In this document: piece after piece, positions 57,101 through 64,000 of the stretch | How the letters are laid out: the number at the start of each line of letters is the position of its first letter | Numbering within the stretch: the stretch's first letter is position 1 | Source: Candidatus Latescibacterota bacterium | GTDB taxonomy: Bacteria; Latescibacterota; UBA2968; UBA8231 | Direction of reading: 5' to 3' | Assembly: GCA_963422735.1 (NCBI GenBank) | Contig: OY730476.1 | Span: 1,568,001-1,632,000, forward strand | Length of the DNA: 64,000 bases | Translations under genes and position numbers: made by a program | The notes under the pieces: generated by a model | Seen by the model: only the letters and a program-made list of their open reading frames with translations | Told to the model about the DNA's origin: nothing | The model's database searches: none

Positions 57101-57739
57101 GTCGTCAGAGCAAATAGCACTGGTGTCCAGCGCGATGCGCTGCTTGCGGTTGAGGACGGCAAAGCGGTTGGGATAGACACTGACGCTGCCGCCGCCGTCG
57201 GCTTGGTTGGAGGTGACCAGATAGGTCAGATAGAGACGCGAGCGCCGCGACAGCTCAAAACCCTTCCCGACCCAGTCTTTGATCTCCTGAAAGGTCGCGG
57301 GTTCGAGGACCGGCATGTAGAGATGCTGGGACAGAAAGCGCGAGTCAGCCGGCACTTGGGTCCCCTCGGACCAAGTGTCGTCGCCCACGGCGACTAGGGC
57401 GCCCCCGCTGGGCGATGCACCGACCATGTTGCCGAGGGCCAACCCGTCGGCCGCCACGTGCAGACCGACGCTCTTCATCACGGCCAAGGCGCGGATACCC
57501 TCCATCTGCGAGCCGTTGAGGCGGGCGGCGGCGAGGGCTTCATTGTTGGCGATCTGAGCGACGATGCCGTGTTCGTTAAAGAGATCCTTATTGTTTTCGA
57601 GGGTCTCGAAAAGCTCGGCCAAGGGCGAACCGGGGTACCCGGTGATGACGCCGACTTGGCTTTCTAGGGCACCCTTGACGATCAGCTCGTTGCCGGTGTA
57701 AATGCCCGTGCCTTGTTCGAGTGAGAAGCGAGGATCCAT
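54191..57739 (-). CDS. Fused indolepyruvate/2-oxoacid:ferredoxin oxidoreductase family protein
   Basis: GYPGSP, FCPGCPH, GDIGC, TPP motif MGDSTFFH...NKTTAMTGHQ, ferredoxin CEYCLEC, GVGGMGV, LAIKDEIYVA. Confidence 0.92.
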   Translation of the reverse strand: MDPRFSLEQGTGIYTGNELIVKGALESQVGVITGYPGSPLAELFETLENNKDLFNEHGIVAQIANNEALAAARLNGSQMEGIRALAVMKSVGLHVAADGLALGNMVGASPSGGALVAVGDDTWSEGTQVPADSRFLSQHLYMPVLEPATFQEIKDWVGKGFELSRRSRLYLTYLVTSNQADGGGSVSVYPNRFAVLNRKQRIALDTSAICSDDRVIIPPATAHKEREVVHQRYPRLWQLAREAGINQILYPPSAAPKPLGFITSGLAYSYLEHALHILGLSGHFPILKLGITYPTDPHMIARFADCVQAFCVVEEKRPFIEPQVATELARQKDLGPALWGKRFPGNAPGFPDVQGLHPSLIIQDLSRLFAALDAELPIDREKLQAELDALAPVPATTAVPPRAPSFCPGCPHRDSASVLKKASADLAAPPEGQAPVDLVFHGDIGCYSMLKYAPFSELMHNLSGMGLGGGTGAGIDPFIDNKQLVFMGDSTFFHTGMIAISDSIKNGQDITYIILDNKTTAMTGHQPTPGVDVDVLGKPTFAQDIEKTVAGLAGDSPTFIARMDPSQRQDYDALVRETLLRDGVKIIIADKECGITYHRRERAHQSAIAKERGFLPAEKHINISEDVCEYCLECTRATGCSGLTVASATEYGPKIAIDPSSCVADGACTRVEVGDGDKTCPSFEEITVYRQAPPTVSIPPIDVGELPAPTSHPLADIWYTYIAGVGGMGVNVVASVLAQAGVRQGYEVRLTNKKGLAIRNGSVYSHLSYAPKGTPVSPLIPCGKADLLLGLDVLEAARGLEPQGRYRIAHPQRTAAIVNTAKTPTIDTLIGQEDFSAETQTDLIRQHTRQDAYFGADLFRICEHYLGNKLYANIMMLGVAFQRGLLFLELDTLLWAIGRAVRRDLETNLKAFNMGRYLALNPNHFPVEEKPLSYAELVADKIALLAQTRGKRVAEGYRQRIREMPIVAARRHFALRVYDLIQYEDLAYADRYIRQVLAVQAKDGPEYSFAATRAVIYQLAKVLAIKDEIYVAYLLTCEEKYRRDRRRYNIDPGRGDRIRYRHLNRPHLRLLGRDFRPDLKLGDGPLKWIARMKFLRRLCSSWWHREERDFAAWYESLLADFSPRSADEYDTWVQVLSLPEEVRGYRGVRQPKMEAAKKRAAELLAGREAAPNPALLQISAST

Positions 57740-57775
57740 GGGCCTATCTAAGAGGGTTGGAGAATGAACGCAAAC

Positions 57776-57803
57776 ATAGTACGGGGTCTGGGGCAGTTGT
57801 CAA
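57776..57803 (-). promoter_or_regulatory. Putative sigma70 promoter for the oxidoreductase operon
   Basis: Minus strand TTGACA-N16-TACTAT, about 36 nt before the ATG. Confidence 0.55.
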
Positions 57804-57832
57804 GTCGGCCCGCTCGCACCGGCCCGGCGGCC

Positions 57833-58378
57833 TCACGCTTCGGCATTGAGCCAGTAGCGCTGGTATTCCTCTAAGAAGGTAAGGGTCTGCAGATCGGCCA
57901 TGCGGTCTGGGAAGAGTACGCCGTCGAGATGGTCAATTTCGTGCTGGAGGACGCGGGCGAAAAGCCCCTCGGCCGCCTGCTCCACCGCTCGCCCTTCGCG
58001 GTCGTAGCCCTGGACCTCGACGGCTGCCGAGCGCGGGACAACGCCGCGCAATTGGGGGATGCTCAAGCAGCCTTCCCAGCCGTCTAGGCGCGCTGGCGAC
58101 AGGGCGGTAAACTGCGGATTGAAGAGCACGGTCAGCGGGATGGCGGCCTCGTCTTGGGGGCCGGATTGGTCGGCTGCGGGGTCGCCGAGGACGATCAGCC
58201 GCAAGGGTTCAAATACTTGCGGCGCAGCCAAACCAATGCCCTCGTAGTCGATCATGGTCTCGATCATGTCGTCGATTAAACGCTGTATCTGGGCACACTG
58301 TATCTGGGCAGGGGAAATCTCTGCGGCGCGCTGGCGCAGCACCGGATGCCCCATCTGCGACACCTTGCGAATGGCCAC
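57833..58378 (-). CDS. def: Peptide deformylase
   Basis: GIGLAAPQV, EGCLS, QHEIDHLDG. Confidence 0.97.
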   Translation of the reverse strand: MAIRKVSQMGHPVLRQRAAEISPAQIQCAQIQRLIDDMIETMIDYEGIGLAAPQVFEPLRLIVLGDPAADQSGPQDEAAIPLTVLFNPQFTALSPARLDGWEGCLSIPQLRGVVPRSAAVEVQGYDREGRAVEQAAEGLFARVLQHEIDHLDGVLFPDRMADLQTLTFLEEYQRYWLNAEA

Positions 58379-58382
58379 GGCG

Positions 58383-58970
58383 TTACGGCACTTGGGGGGG
58401 AGCCCCCGAGCGACAGCAGCGAAACCCCACTAAGTCGAGGTGGTACTCGGGGCCGAGGAACCGGCCGTAGCGGGCGTCGGCCCGGGCTAGGTTGACGCTG
58501 TGGAAAAAGGAGCCACCGCGCACGATCCGCCAGCGATCGGCGCGCGAATACCAAGATGCGGTCCACTCCCAAACATTGCCGAGCATGTCATAGACCCCGT
58601 AGGCGTTGGTGCAGCGTTCATACGCGCCGCTGCGTGCTAGGCCCGGCCCGCGCTGCCAGATCCCATCAACGGCAAAGCGCGTATTGCAGCGCCCCAGCTC
58701 GAATTCCGCGCCATAGGAGTACGCGAAATTCTGCGGCCCGGTGCAGGCTTTCTGCCATTCCTGTTCGGTACACAGCCGCTTGCCCTGCGCCGCGCAGAGC
58801 GATTCCGCTTCGCCCCAAGTGATGTCGACTGTGGGGAGGGTGCCGCGCTGGTTGGGATACTCGTAGATGTCGATGTAGAAGTCCGGGCCGATCCATACCA
58901 TGCCTTCTTCGTCGGCCGCGGTCAGTGCCGGCAAGGCAAGCAAAAAGCAGAGGGCTAAGAGCTTATTCAT
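58383..58970 (-). CDS. Secreted FGE-sulfatase (SUMF1-like) domain protein
   Basis: GKRLCTEQEW, GVYDMLGNVWEW, RGGSF, GFRCC. Confidence 0.9.
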   Translation of the reverse strand: MNKLLALCFLLALPALTAADEEGMVWIGPDFYIDIYEYPNQRGTLPTVDITWGEAESLCAAQGKRLCTEQEWQKACTGPQNFAYSYGAEFELGRCNTRFAVDGIWQRGPGLARSGAYERCTNAYGVYDMLGNVWEWTASWYSRADRWRIVRGGSFFHSVNLARADARYGRFLGPEYHLDLVGFRCCRSGAPPQVP

Positions 58971-58976
58971 GGCTAC

Positions 58977-59771
58977 TCATTCCGCAAATTGCACCGCGCC
59001 AAAGCGGTCGGGGTGGTGAAAACCGCGCTGGTAGGTCTCGCTCCAAGCCGTGTATTCGGTCTGCTCGTGGTAGTGCTGTTGGAGCGCGTCTGCGTCTTGG
59101 AGGTCGTTTAGGCGGCTTTTTAGATTGCGCCCGCCCTTGCGTTCGATGCGATAGAGGTTGAGTCGCCAGACATCGCCTGCTGTCGGGCGCGCACCGCCGG
59201 TGACGCTATCCGCTAAAGCGGCCCAGGGAATGGCGATTTCCGCGGTCCAGCCCCAATCGAGCGCGAGCGAGTCGTTCACTGTGCCGTACGCTCGGACTGC
59301 TGTTTTAAGCCCGGCGATATCCCAGTCTTTGGACGAGTGCCACTCGGGCGACACCGAATAGATCAGCAAATCAACGACCACATTGAGCGGATTGACCTCC
59401 AGCTCTAGGTAGCGTTTGCCATCGCCGTCGGGATCGATAAAAATTTCCACGACTTCCTCTCCCCATAGCGGATCGTCTTCCTCTTCGTAAATGGCCCACA
59501 TGTCCGCATCCTGACAGACGAAGGCAAAGTAAAAGTAGTCCCCATCCCACAGCATTTTCGCCCGCGTGGGAAAAAGCACTTCGTCGTAATCGTTGAGGAT
59601 GCGCTCAAAGCGGTTGATTTGATGCGCCCTTTCCCACGAGAATTCGTCCAATTTGCCATCGACGACGACCGGTTCGAGAGCGCGCTGTACTGCGTACTGC
59701 GCCTGCGGGCCTACTTCGGCGTATGTTGCGAGTGGAAAGGCGACGAGCGCGAGAATCGTCAAGAAGCGCAT
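58977..59771 (-). CDS. Carbohydrate-binding family 9-like secreted protein
   Basis: VDGKLDE..W, EVVEIFIDPDGD...YLELEVNP, WTAEIAIPW, WRLNLYR, FHHPDRFG. Confidence 0.88.
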   Translation of the reverse strand: MRFLTILALVAFPLATYAEVGPQAQYAVQRALEPVVVDGKLDEFSWERAHQINRFERILNDYDEVLFPTRAKMLWDGDYFYFAFVCQDADMWAIYEEEDDPLWGEEVVEIFIDPDGDGKRYLELEVNPLNVVVDLLIYSVSPEWHSSKDWDIAGLKTAVRAYGTVNDSLALDWGWTAEIAIPWAALADSVTGGARPTAGDVWRLNLYRIERKGGRNLKSRLNDLQDADALQQHYHEQTEYTAWSETYQRGFHHPDRFGAVQFAE

Positions 59772-59921
59772 ACATTCTCCTTAATTTTAGGGGACTGAAT
59801 ATACGAAAATCGCGCGGGCGTAAAAGGGGCGATACCAAGCTGGCACCGCCCCTTTGTATCGTTTGTAGATAATTAACTACTGATGTTATGCAGTTTGCCG
59901 TCCAAGGCGTGGTTTCGCCCT

Positions 59922-59994
59922 GCCTCTTTCGCGGGAATGACGAGCCTTGGGTTCGAACCTCGGTCCGGGCGGGGGTCATTCCTGTAGAAACAGG
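59922..59994. repeat. Degenerate inverted pair of GTCATTCCCGCG-type palindromic (REP-like) units
   Basis: Minus strand GTCATTCCCGCGAAAGAGGC (59922-59941) and plus strand GTCATTCCTGTAGAAACAGG (59975-59994). Confidence 0.45.
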
Positions 59995-60062
59995 CTTCAC
60001 CGCGCCTTTAAGCGTGACATCCAGCGGGAGGTCGGCCCCTACTGCGTAACGTCAGTATTTGT

Positions 60063-61544
60063 TTACACGTCGTAGTATAGGGCGAACTCATAGGGATGGG
60101 GTCTGAGTCTTATGGCGTCGATTTCTTGGGTGCGCTTGTAGTCGATCCAGGCGTCGATCAGGTCGTCGGAGAACACATCGCCCTGCAACAGGAAGTCTCG
60201 GTCCTGCTCCAAGTGCTCCAACGACGCCTCCAACGACCCCGCCGTCTGCGGCACCCCAGCCCGCTCCTCAGCCGACAGATCATACAGATTCTTGTCCAGT
60301 GGGGCCCCCGGATCCAGCTGCTGCTCAATGCCGTCCAACCCCGCCATCAGCATCGCCGACAGCGCCAAGTAGATGTTGCACGACGGATCGGGACAACGAA
60401 ACTCCACCCGCTTGCTCTTGGGTGAAGGTGAATACATCGGAATGCGCACCGACGCACTGCGGTTGCGCTGCGAATAGGCCAAGTTGACCGGGGCTTCGTA
60501 GCCTGGCACCAGCCGCTTGTAGGAGTTGGTCGTCGGATTGGTAAAAGCCAACAGCGCCGGCGCGTGGTGCAACAGCCCGCCGATGTAGTGCAGTGCCATC
60601 GGGCTGAGACCGGCGTAGCCACTGCCGGCAAACAGCGGCTGATCACCCTGCCACAGGCTCTGGTGGGTGTGCATGCCCGTGCCGTTGTCCTCAAACAGCG
60701 GCTTGGGCATGAACGTAGCCGTCTTGCCGTGCTGACGCGCCACATTCTTGACGATGTACTTATACAGCATCATCCGGTCGCCGCAAACAAGCAGAGGGCA
60801 AAAGCGGATGTCGATTTCGCCTTGGCCGGCCGTGCCCACCTCGTGGTGGTGAATCTCCACGTCGATGCCGCAGGCGATCATCGTCTGCACCATCTTTGTG
60901 CGGAGGTCTTGCTGGGAGTCGGTCGGCGGCACGGGGAAGTAGCCGCCCTTGTAGTCGGGCTTGTAGCCGAGGTTGGGGCCTTCGTCGGTGCCGCTGTTCC
61001 AGCGGCCTTCCGTCGAGTCAATCGCATAGAAGGCTTGGTGGGCTTGCTGGTCGAACTGGATGTTGTCGAAGACGAAAAACTCGGCTTCGGGGCCGAAGAA
61101 GGCCGTGTCGGCAAGCTGGGTGCGCAGCAAGTAGGCTTGGGCGCGTTGGGCTACGCCCCGGGGATCGCGCCCATAGGGCTGGCGGGTGATGGGGTCTTCA
61201 ATCGAGCAGATCAGCGACAGGGTCGGCACCTCGGTGAACGGATCCATCACGGCGGTGGTTGGATCGGGCAGGACGAGCATGTCGGATTCGTTGATCTCCT
61301 GCCAGCCGCGAATGGAGGAGCCGTCGAAGCCGAGGCCGTCGTCGAACAGGTCGGGTTCGAGGCGGGCAGCCGGCATGGTGAAGTGCTGCCACGTGCCGGG
61401 CAGATCGACGAACTTGAAATCGACCATCTGCGCTTGGTGAGTGCCTGCTAAGGCCAGGGCAGACTCGACCGCACTGAGACGAGATGACTTCGTTTTGGCT
61501 TTCGTTTGAGTCTTGGCTTTAGCTTTAGCTTTGGATTTGGCCAT
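60063..61544 (-). CDS. glnA: Type I glutamine synthetase (GSI-beta, adenylylation Tyr present)
   Basis: [54 protein letters not shown]. Confidence 0.98.
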   Translation of the reverse strand: MAKSKAKAKAKTQTKAKTKSSRLSAVESALALAGTHQAQMVDFKFVDLPGTWQHFTMPAARLEPDLFDDGLGFDGSSIRGWQEINESDMLVLPDPTTAVMDPFTEVPTLSLICSIEDPITRQPYGRDPRGVAQRAQAYLLRTQLADTAFFGPEAEFFVFDNIQFDQQAHQAFYAIDSTEGRWNSGTDEGPNLGYKPDYKGGYFPVPPTDSQQDLRTKMVQTMIACGIDVEIHHHEVGTAGQGEIDIRFCPLLVCGDRMMLYKYIVKNVARQHGKTATFMPKPLFEDNGTGMHTHQSLWQGDQPLFAGSGYAGLSPMALHYIGGLLHHAPALLAFTNPTTNSYKRLVPGYEAPVNLAYSQRNRSASVRIPMYSPSPKSKRVEFRCPDPSCNIYLALSAMLMAGLDGIEQQLDPGAPLDKNLYDLSAEERAGVPQTAGSLEASLEHLEQDRDFLLQGDVFSDDLIDAWIDYKRTQEIDAIRLRPHPYEFALYYDV

Positions 61545-61582
61545 GAGCAATTCCTTTCGCAAAGTAGTGGTTGAGATGGGAT

Positions 61583-61616
61583 CAGGGGGCGCGCTCCCCG
61601 CAGCACGCGCCCCCTG
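61583..61616. promoter_or_regulatory. GC-rich stem-loop between the porin gene and glnA
   Basis: CAGGGGGCGCG...CGCGCCCCCTG, 11-bp stem, no U-tract. Confidence 0.5.
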
Positions 61617-61664
61617 CTTCCGATCGGCTCCCGCCGTTTAGGCGCGGGATGTGCCGACCAAGTT

Positions 61665-62312
61665 TTAGAAGCTCCTACCAAAGACGAGGAAGGTGGATTC
61701 CCTGTTGGGGTTGAGGATGTACGAGGCGAAGTAATCGCCTTTGCCGAAGTTGAGGCCGACGCTGACCAAGGCCGGGTCGGTATCTGTGGTGTAAACCCCG
61801 TTGCCGAGGCCGACGCTGACGCTGACGGCGGTTTCTTCCATCTCTCCCAAGTCGTAGGTCGCTTCCGCCCAGAACGAATTGTCGGCGTCGCCGGAGAAGT
61901 TATAGGCAACCAAGGCGCTCAAGGGTACGCCGTCGGGGGCGAGGGACGCGCTGACTTCGAGGATGTGTACTGCGTCTTCGTCGCTGTAGCTGAAGAACAT
62001 GTCGTCTTCGGTCAGGCCCGGGAAGTAGTAGTCGGTCAGGGTAATGCCTATGGGGCCGGAGGAGAAGCTGGCGTAGAGGTCGTTCTCGTTGGCACCGCCG
62101 CCGGAGATCGCCCACGACGACCAAGCACCGACTTCGATGTTGCCGTGGCTGATGGACATGCCCGGCTGGACGCTGACGGCGTTGCCAAAGTCCGTGCCGC
62201 GCCACACGTAGCGGTTGACTACGTCGGCACCAAAGCCGACCCCGGCATCGGTCGGAACAGGGGCTAAGGTCAGCGCGAAGAGAAGGGGTGCGGCAAAAAG
62301 CAAACGGTTCAT
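61665..62312 (-). CDS. Putative outer-membrane porin (TorF-like) of the amt-PII-glnA cluster
   Basis: Signal peptide, RYVWRG..FG..VSVQPG, ENDLY, C-terminal Phe. Alternative in-frame start at 62354. Confidence 0.8.
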   Translation of the reverse strand: MNRLLFAAPLLFALTLAPVPTDAGVGFGADVVNRYVWRGTDFGNAVSVQPGMSISHGNIEVGAWSSWAISGGGANENDLYASFSSGPIGITLTDYYFPGLTEDDMFFSYSDEDAVHILEVSASLAPDGVPLSALVAYNFSGDADNSFWAEATYDLGEMEETAVSVSVGLGNGVYTTDTDPALVSVGLNFGKGDYFASYILNPNRESTFLVFGRSF

Positions 62313-62375
62313 CAATTTCTCCTTATGGATTGAGGCAAAAAGCAAGCGGTTCATCAATTTCTCCTTATGGATTGA
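62292..62375 (-). repeat. 42-bp tandem duplication of RBS + start + first codons of the porin gene
   Basis: GGCAAAAAGCAA(A/G)CGGTTCATCAATTTCTCCTTATGGATTGA twice, one mismatch. Confidence 0.95.
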
Positions 62376-62430
62376 GGTAAAAGGTAAGAGGTGGGGCCGG
62401 TGCAGCCGGGCCACGCCGGCCCCTTGCTTA

Positions 62431-62769
62431 TCACAGGGCGCCTTCGCCCGTCTCGCCGGTGCGGATGCGCACAGCTTCCTGAATCGGTGAGGCAAAGACC
62501 TTGCCGTCGCCGACTTTGCCGGACTTGGCCGCCTCGACGATGGTGTTGATCGCCTGCTCGAGGTCTGCGTCCTTGACGACGACCTCGACTTTGATCTTAG
62601 GGACGAAATCAATGCGGTACTCAGCGCCGCGATAGACCTCGCGGTGACCGCGCTGGCGGCCAAAGCCCCGCACTTCGGTTACGGACATGCCGGCGATGCC
62701 CCGTTCGCCGAGGGCCTTCTGCACGTCCTCAAGGGCCGATGGCCGGAGAAATGCTTCAATTTTATACAT
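62431..62769 (-). CDS. glnK: P-II nitrogen regulatory protein (amtB-linked)
   Basis: 112 aa, GFGRQRG, YRGAEY, GKVGDGKVF, RIRTGE. Confidence 0.95.
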   Translation of the reverse strand: MYKIEAFLRPSALEDVQKALGERGIAGMSVTEVRGFGRQRGHREVYRGAEYRIDFVPKIKVEVVVKDADLEQAINTIVEAAKSGKVGDGKVFASPIQEAVRIRTGETGEGAL

Positions 62770-62787
62770 CGTTAGTTCTCCCCTCGC

Positions 62788-63999
62788 TTAGTTGTTGATG
62801 TGCTGGAAATCCGCGTACGCGGGCTGGCCGTGCTCGCCTAGGTCGAGGCCTTCTTCCTCGTCCTCCTCATCGACGCGGAACCCAAGTATCGCCTTGACAA
62901 TGGTCGCGAGGACAAAGGAGAAGATAAAGGCGAAGGCTGCATACGACAGGGCGCCTAGGATCTGGATGCCCAAGGTGTGGTCGGCGTTGGTGCTGAACAG
63001 CCCGACCGCGACCGTGCCCCAGATGCCGCAGATGCCGTGGACGGAAATCGCGCCTACCGGGTCGTCGATCTTGATGCGGTCGATAAAGACGATGGCAAAT
63101 ACGACGATGATCCCGGCGACCAGCCCAATCCAGATGGCCCCGGCCCAAGTGACCACGTCGGCACCAGCCGTGATGCCAACTAGCCCGGCGAGGATGCCGT
63201 TGAGCGCCATGGTGATGTCGGGCTTTTTAAGGTAGATATAAGAGGTGAAAATCGAGGCCATACAACCGGCCGCAGCGGCGAGGGTCGTGGTGACAAAGAC
63301 CAGCGAGACGCTCGCTGGGTCCGCGCTGAGCACCGAACCGCCGTTGAAGCCGAACCAGCCGAGCCAGAGCATGAAAACGCCGATAGTCGATAGCGGCATA
63401 CTGTGCCCGAGGATGGGCCTGATTTCCCCATTGACGTACTTGCCCTTGCGCGCCCCTAGCACCAAGACTGCGGCGAGGGCCGAGAAGCCGCCAAAGGCGT
63501 GGACTACCGACGAGCCAGCGAAGTCGTAGAAACCGAGGTCGTCGAGCCAGCCGGCACCCCACTTCCAAGAGCCTGCTATGGTGTAGCCAAAGGCCACCAA
63601 GAACGCGGCGTAGAGCATGAAGCCCGACAGCTTGACGCGCTCGGCCACAGCACCGGAGACGATGGTGGCGGCCGTGGCAGCGAACATGGCTTGGAAGATG
63701 AAGTCCGACCAGTAGGTGTAATCTGCGTACTGGTTGGTCAGGTTGGCCACATCGTCGTCAAAGCCGATCCAGCCCTTGAGGGCCAGCACATCGGCGATGA
63801 GCCAATCGTCGCCCGGATACATGATGTTGAAGCCGCACAAGGCGTAGGTGAGGATGCCGGCCGAGAGGATAAAGAGGTTCTTGAAGAGGATGTTGACCGT
63901 ATTCTTCTGCCGGGTCAGGCCGGATTCGAGCATGGCAAAGCCCAAGTGCATGATGAAGACCAAGGCTGCGGCGATGAGAATCCACAGGTTGTCCACCAT
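62788..63999 (-). CDS. amtB: Ammonium transporter (5' end probably beyond the window)
   Basis: FQAMFAATAATIVSGAVAER, DFAGSSVVH, LWLGWFGFNGGS, DDPVGAISVHG. Confidence 0.97.
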   Translation of the reverse strand: MVDNLWILIAAALVFIMHLGFAMLESGLTRQKNTVNILFKNLFILSAGILTYALCGFNIMYPGDDWLIADVLALKGWIGFDDDVANLTNQYADYTYWSDFIFQAMFAATAATIVSGAVAERVKLSGFMLYAAFLVAFGYTIAGSWKWGAGWLDDLGFYDFAGSSVVHAFGGFSALAAVLVLGARKGKYVNGEIRPILGHSMPLSTIGVFMLWLGWFGFNGGSVLSADPASVSLVFVTTTLAAAAGCMASIFTSYIYLKKPDITMALNGILAGLVGITAGADVVTWAGAIWIGLVAGIIVVFAIVFIDRIKIDDPVGAISVHGICGIWGTVAVGLFSTNADHTLGIQILGALSYAAFAFIFSFVLATIVKAILGFRVDEEDEEEGLDLGEHGQPAYADFQHINN

Positions 64000-64000
64000 G

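Noticed and set aside
58283-58310. Short duplication in def (AQIQCAQIQ) and AGACATAGA twice near 28784
   Set aside because: Small slippage events with no evident function.
61545-61664. Glutamine riboswitch upstream of glnA
   Set aside because: Only a simple GC hairpin is visible. I cannot recognise the glnA RNA motif, and an Rfam search would settle it.
20412-62663. ORF-track starts at 20412, 25860, 26081, 35327, 42605, 46807, 51839, 54479, 61562 and 62663
   Set aside because: Over-extended into neighbouring genes, terminators or repeats. Downstream starts have an RBS, signal peptide or better family fit.

Overview
GC-rich bacterial window. Gene content suggests a Latescibacterota/Poribacteria-like, possibly host-associated genome (inference from CRTAC1 proteins, FlgD-Ig/CHU_C-tailed proteins, a TAVE..SWG.IK C-terminus and many decaying genes). 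1-26 kb is a cell-surface/secretion cluster: two CRTAC1 proteins, a TPR pseudogene, a parvulin PPIase, four paralogous secreted proteins ending in an F(T/S)PNGDGxN C-terminal domain (one pseudogenised), two paralogous ~950-aa putative outer-membrane proteins, a 4-His membrane-TPR protein and two CBM9-like proteins. 26-36 kb is a sugar ABC operon split by a 6.65-kb insert that is bracketed by a 22-bp duplication of the ATPase gene 3' end. The insert encodes a 1744-aa tandem STAND-like NTPase and a coupled 428-aa protein ending in a HEPN-like RxxxxH domain, a candidate undescribed NLR-like defence system. 36-45 kb holds an antitoxin remnant, an M16 peptidase, an FGGY kinase, an MDR dehydrogenase and MltF. 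45-50 kb is a second, decaying insert bracketed by a duplicated dctM 3' end. It carries a secreted protein whose frame continues past a TAG into a double-glycine-type leader plus 10-Cys peptide, next to a standalone C39 peptidase and a GH18. 50-64 kb is housekeeping: TRAP transporter, rpiA, GNAT, fused IOR, def, FGE-domain and CBM9 proteins, and an amtB-PII-porin-glnA cluster. No rRNA, tRNA, CRISPR array, integrase or transposase was seen.
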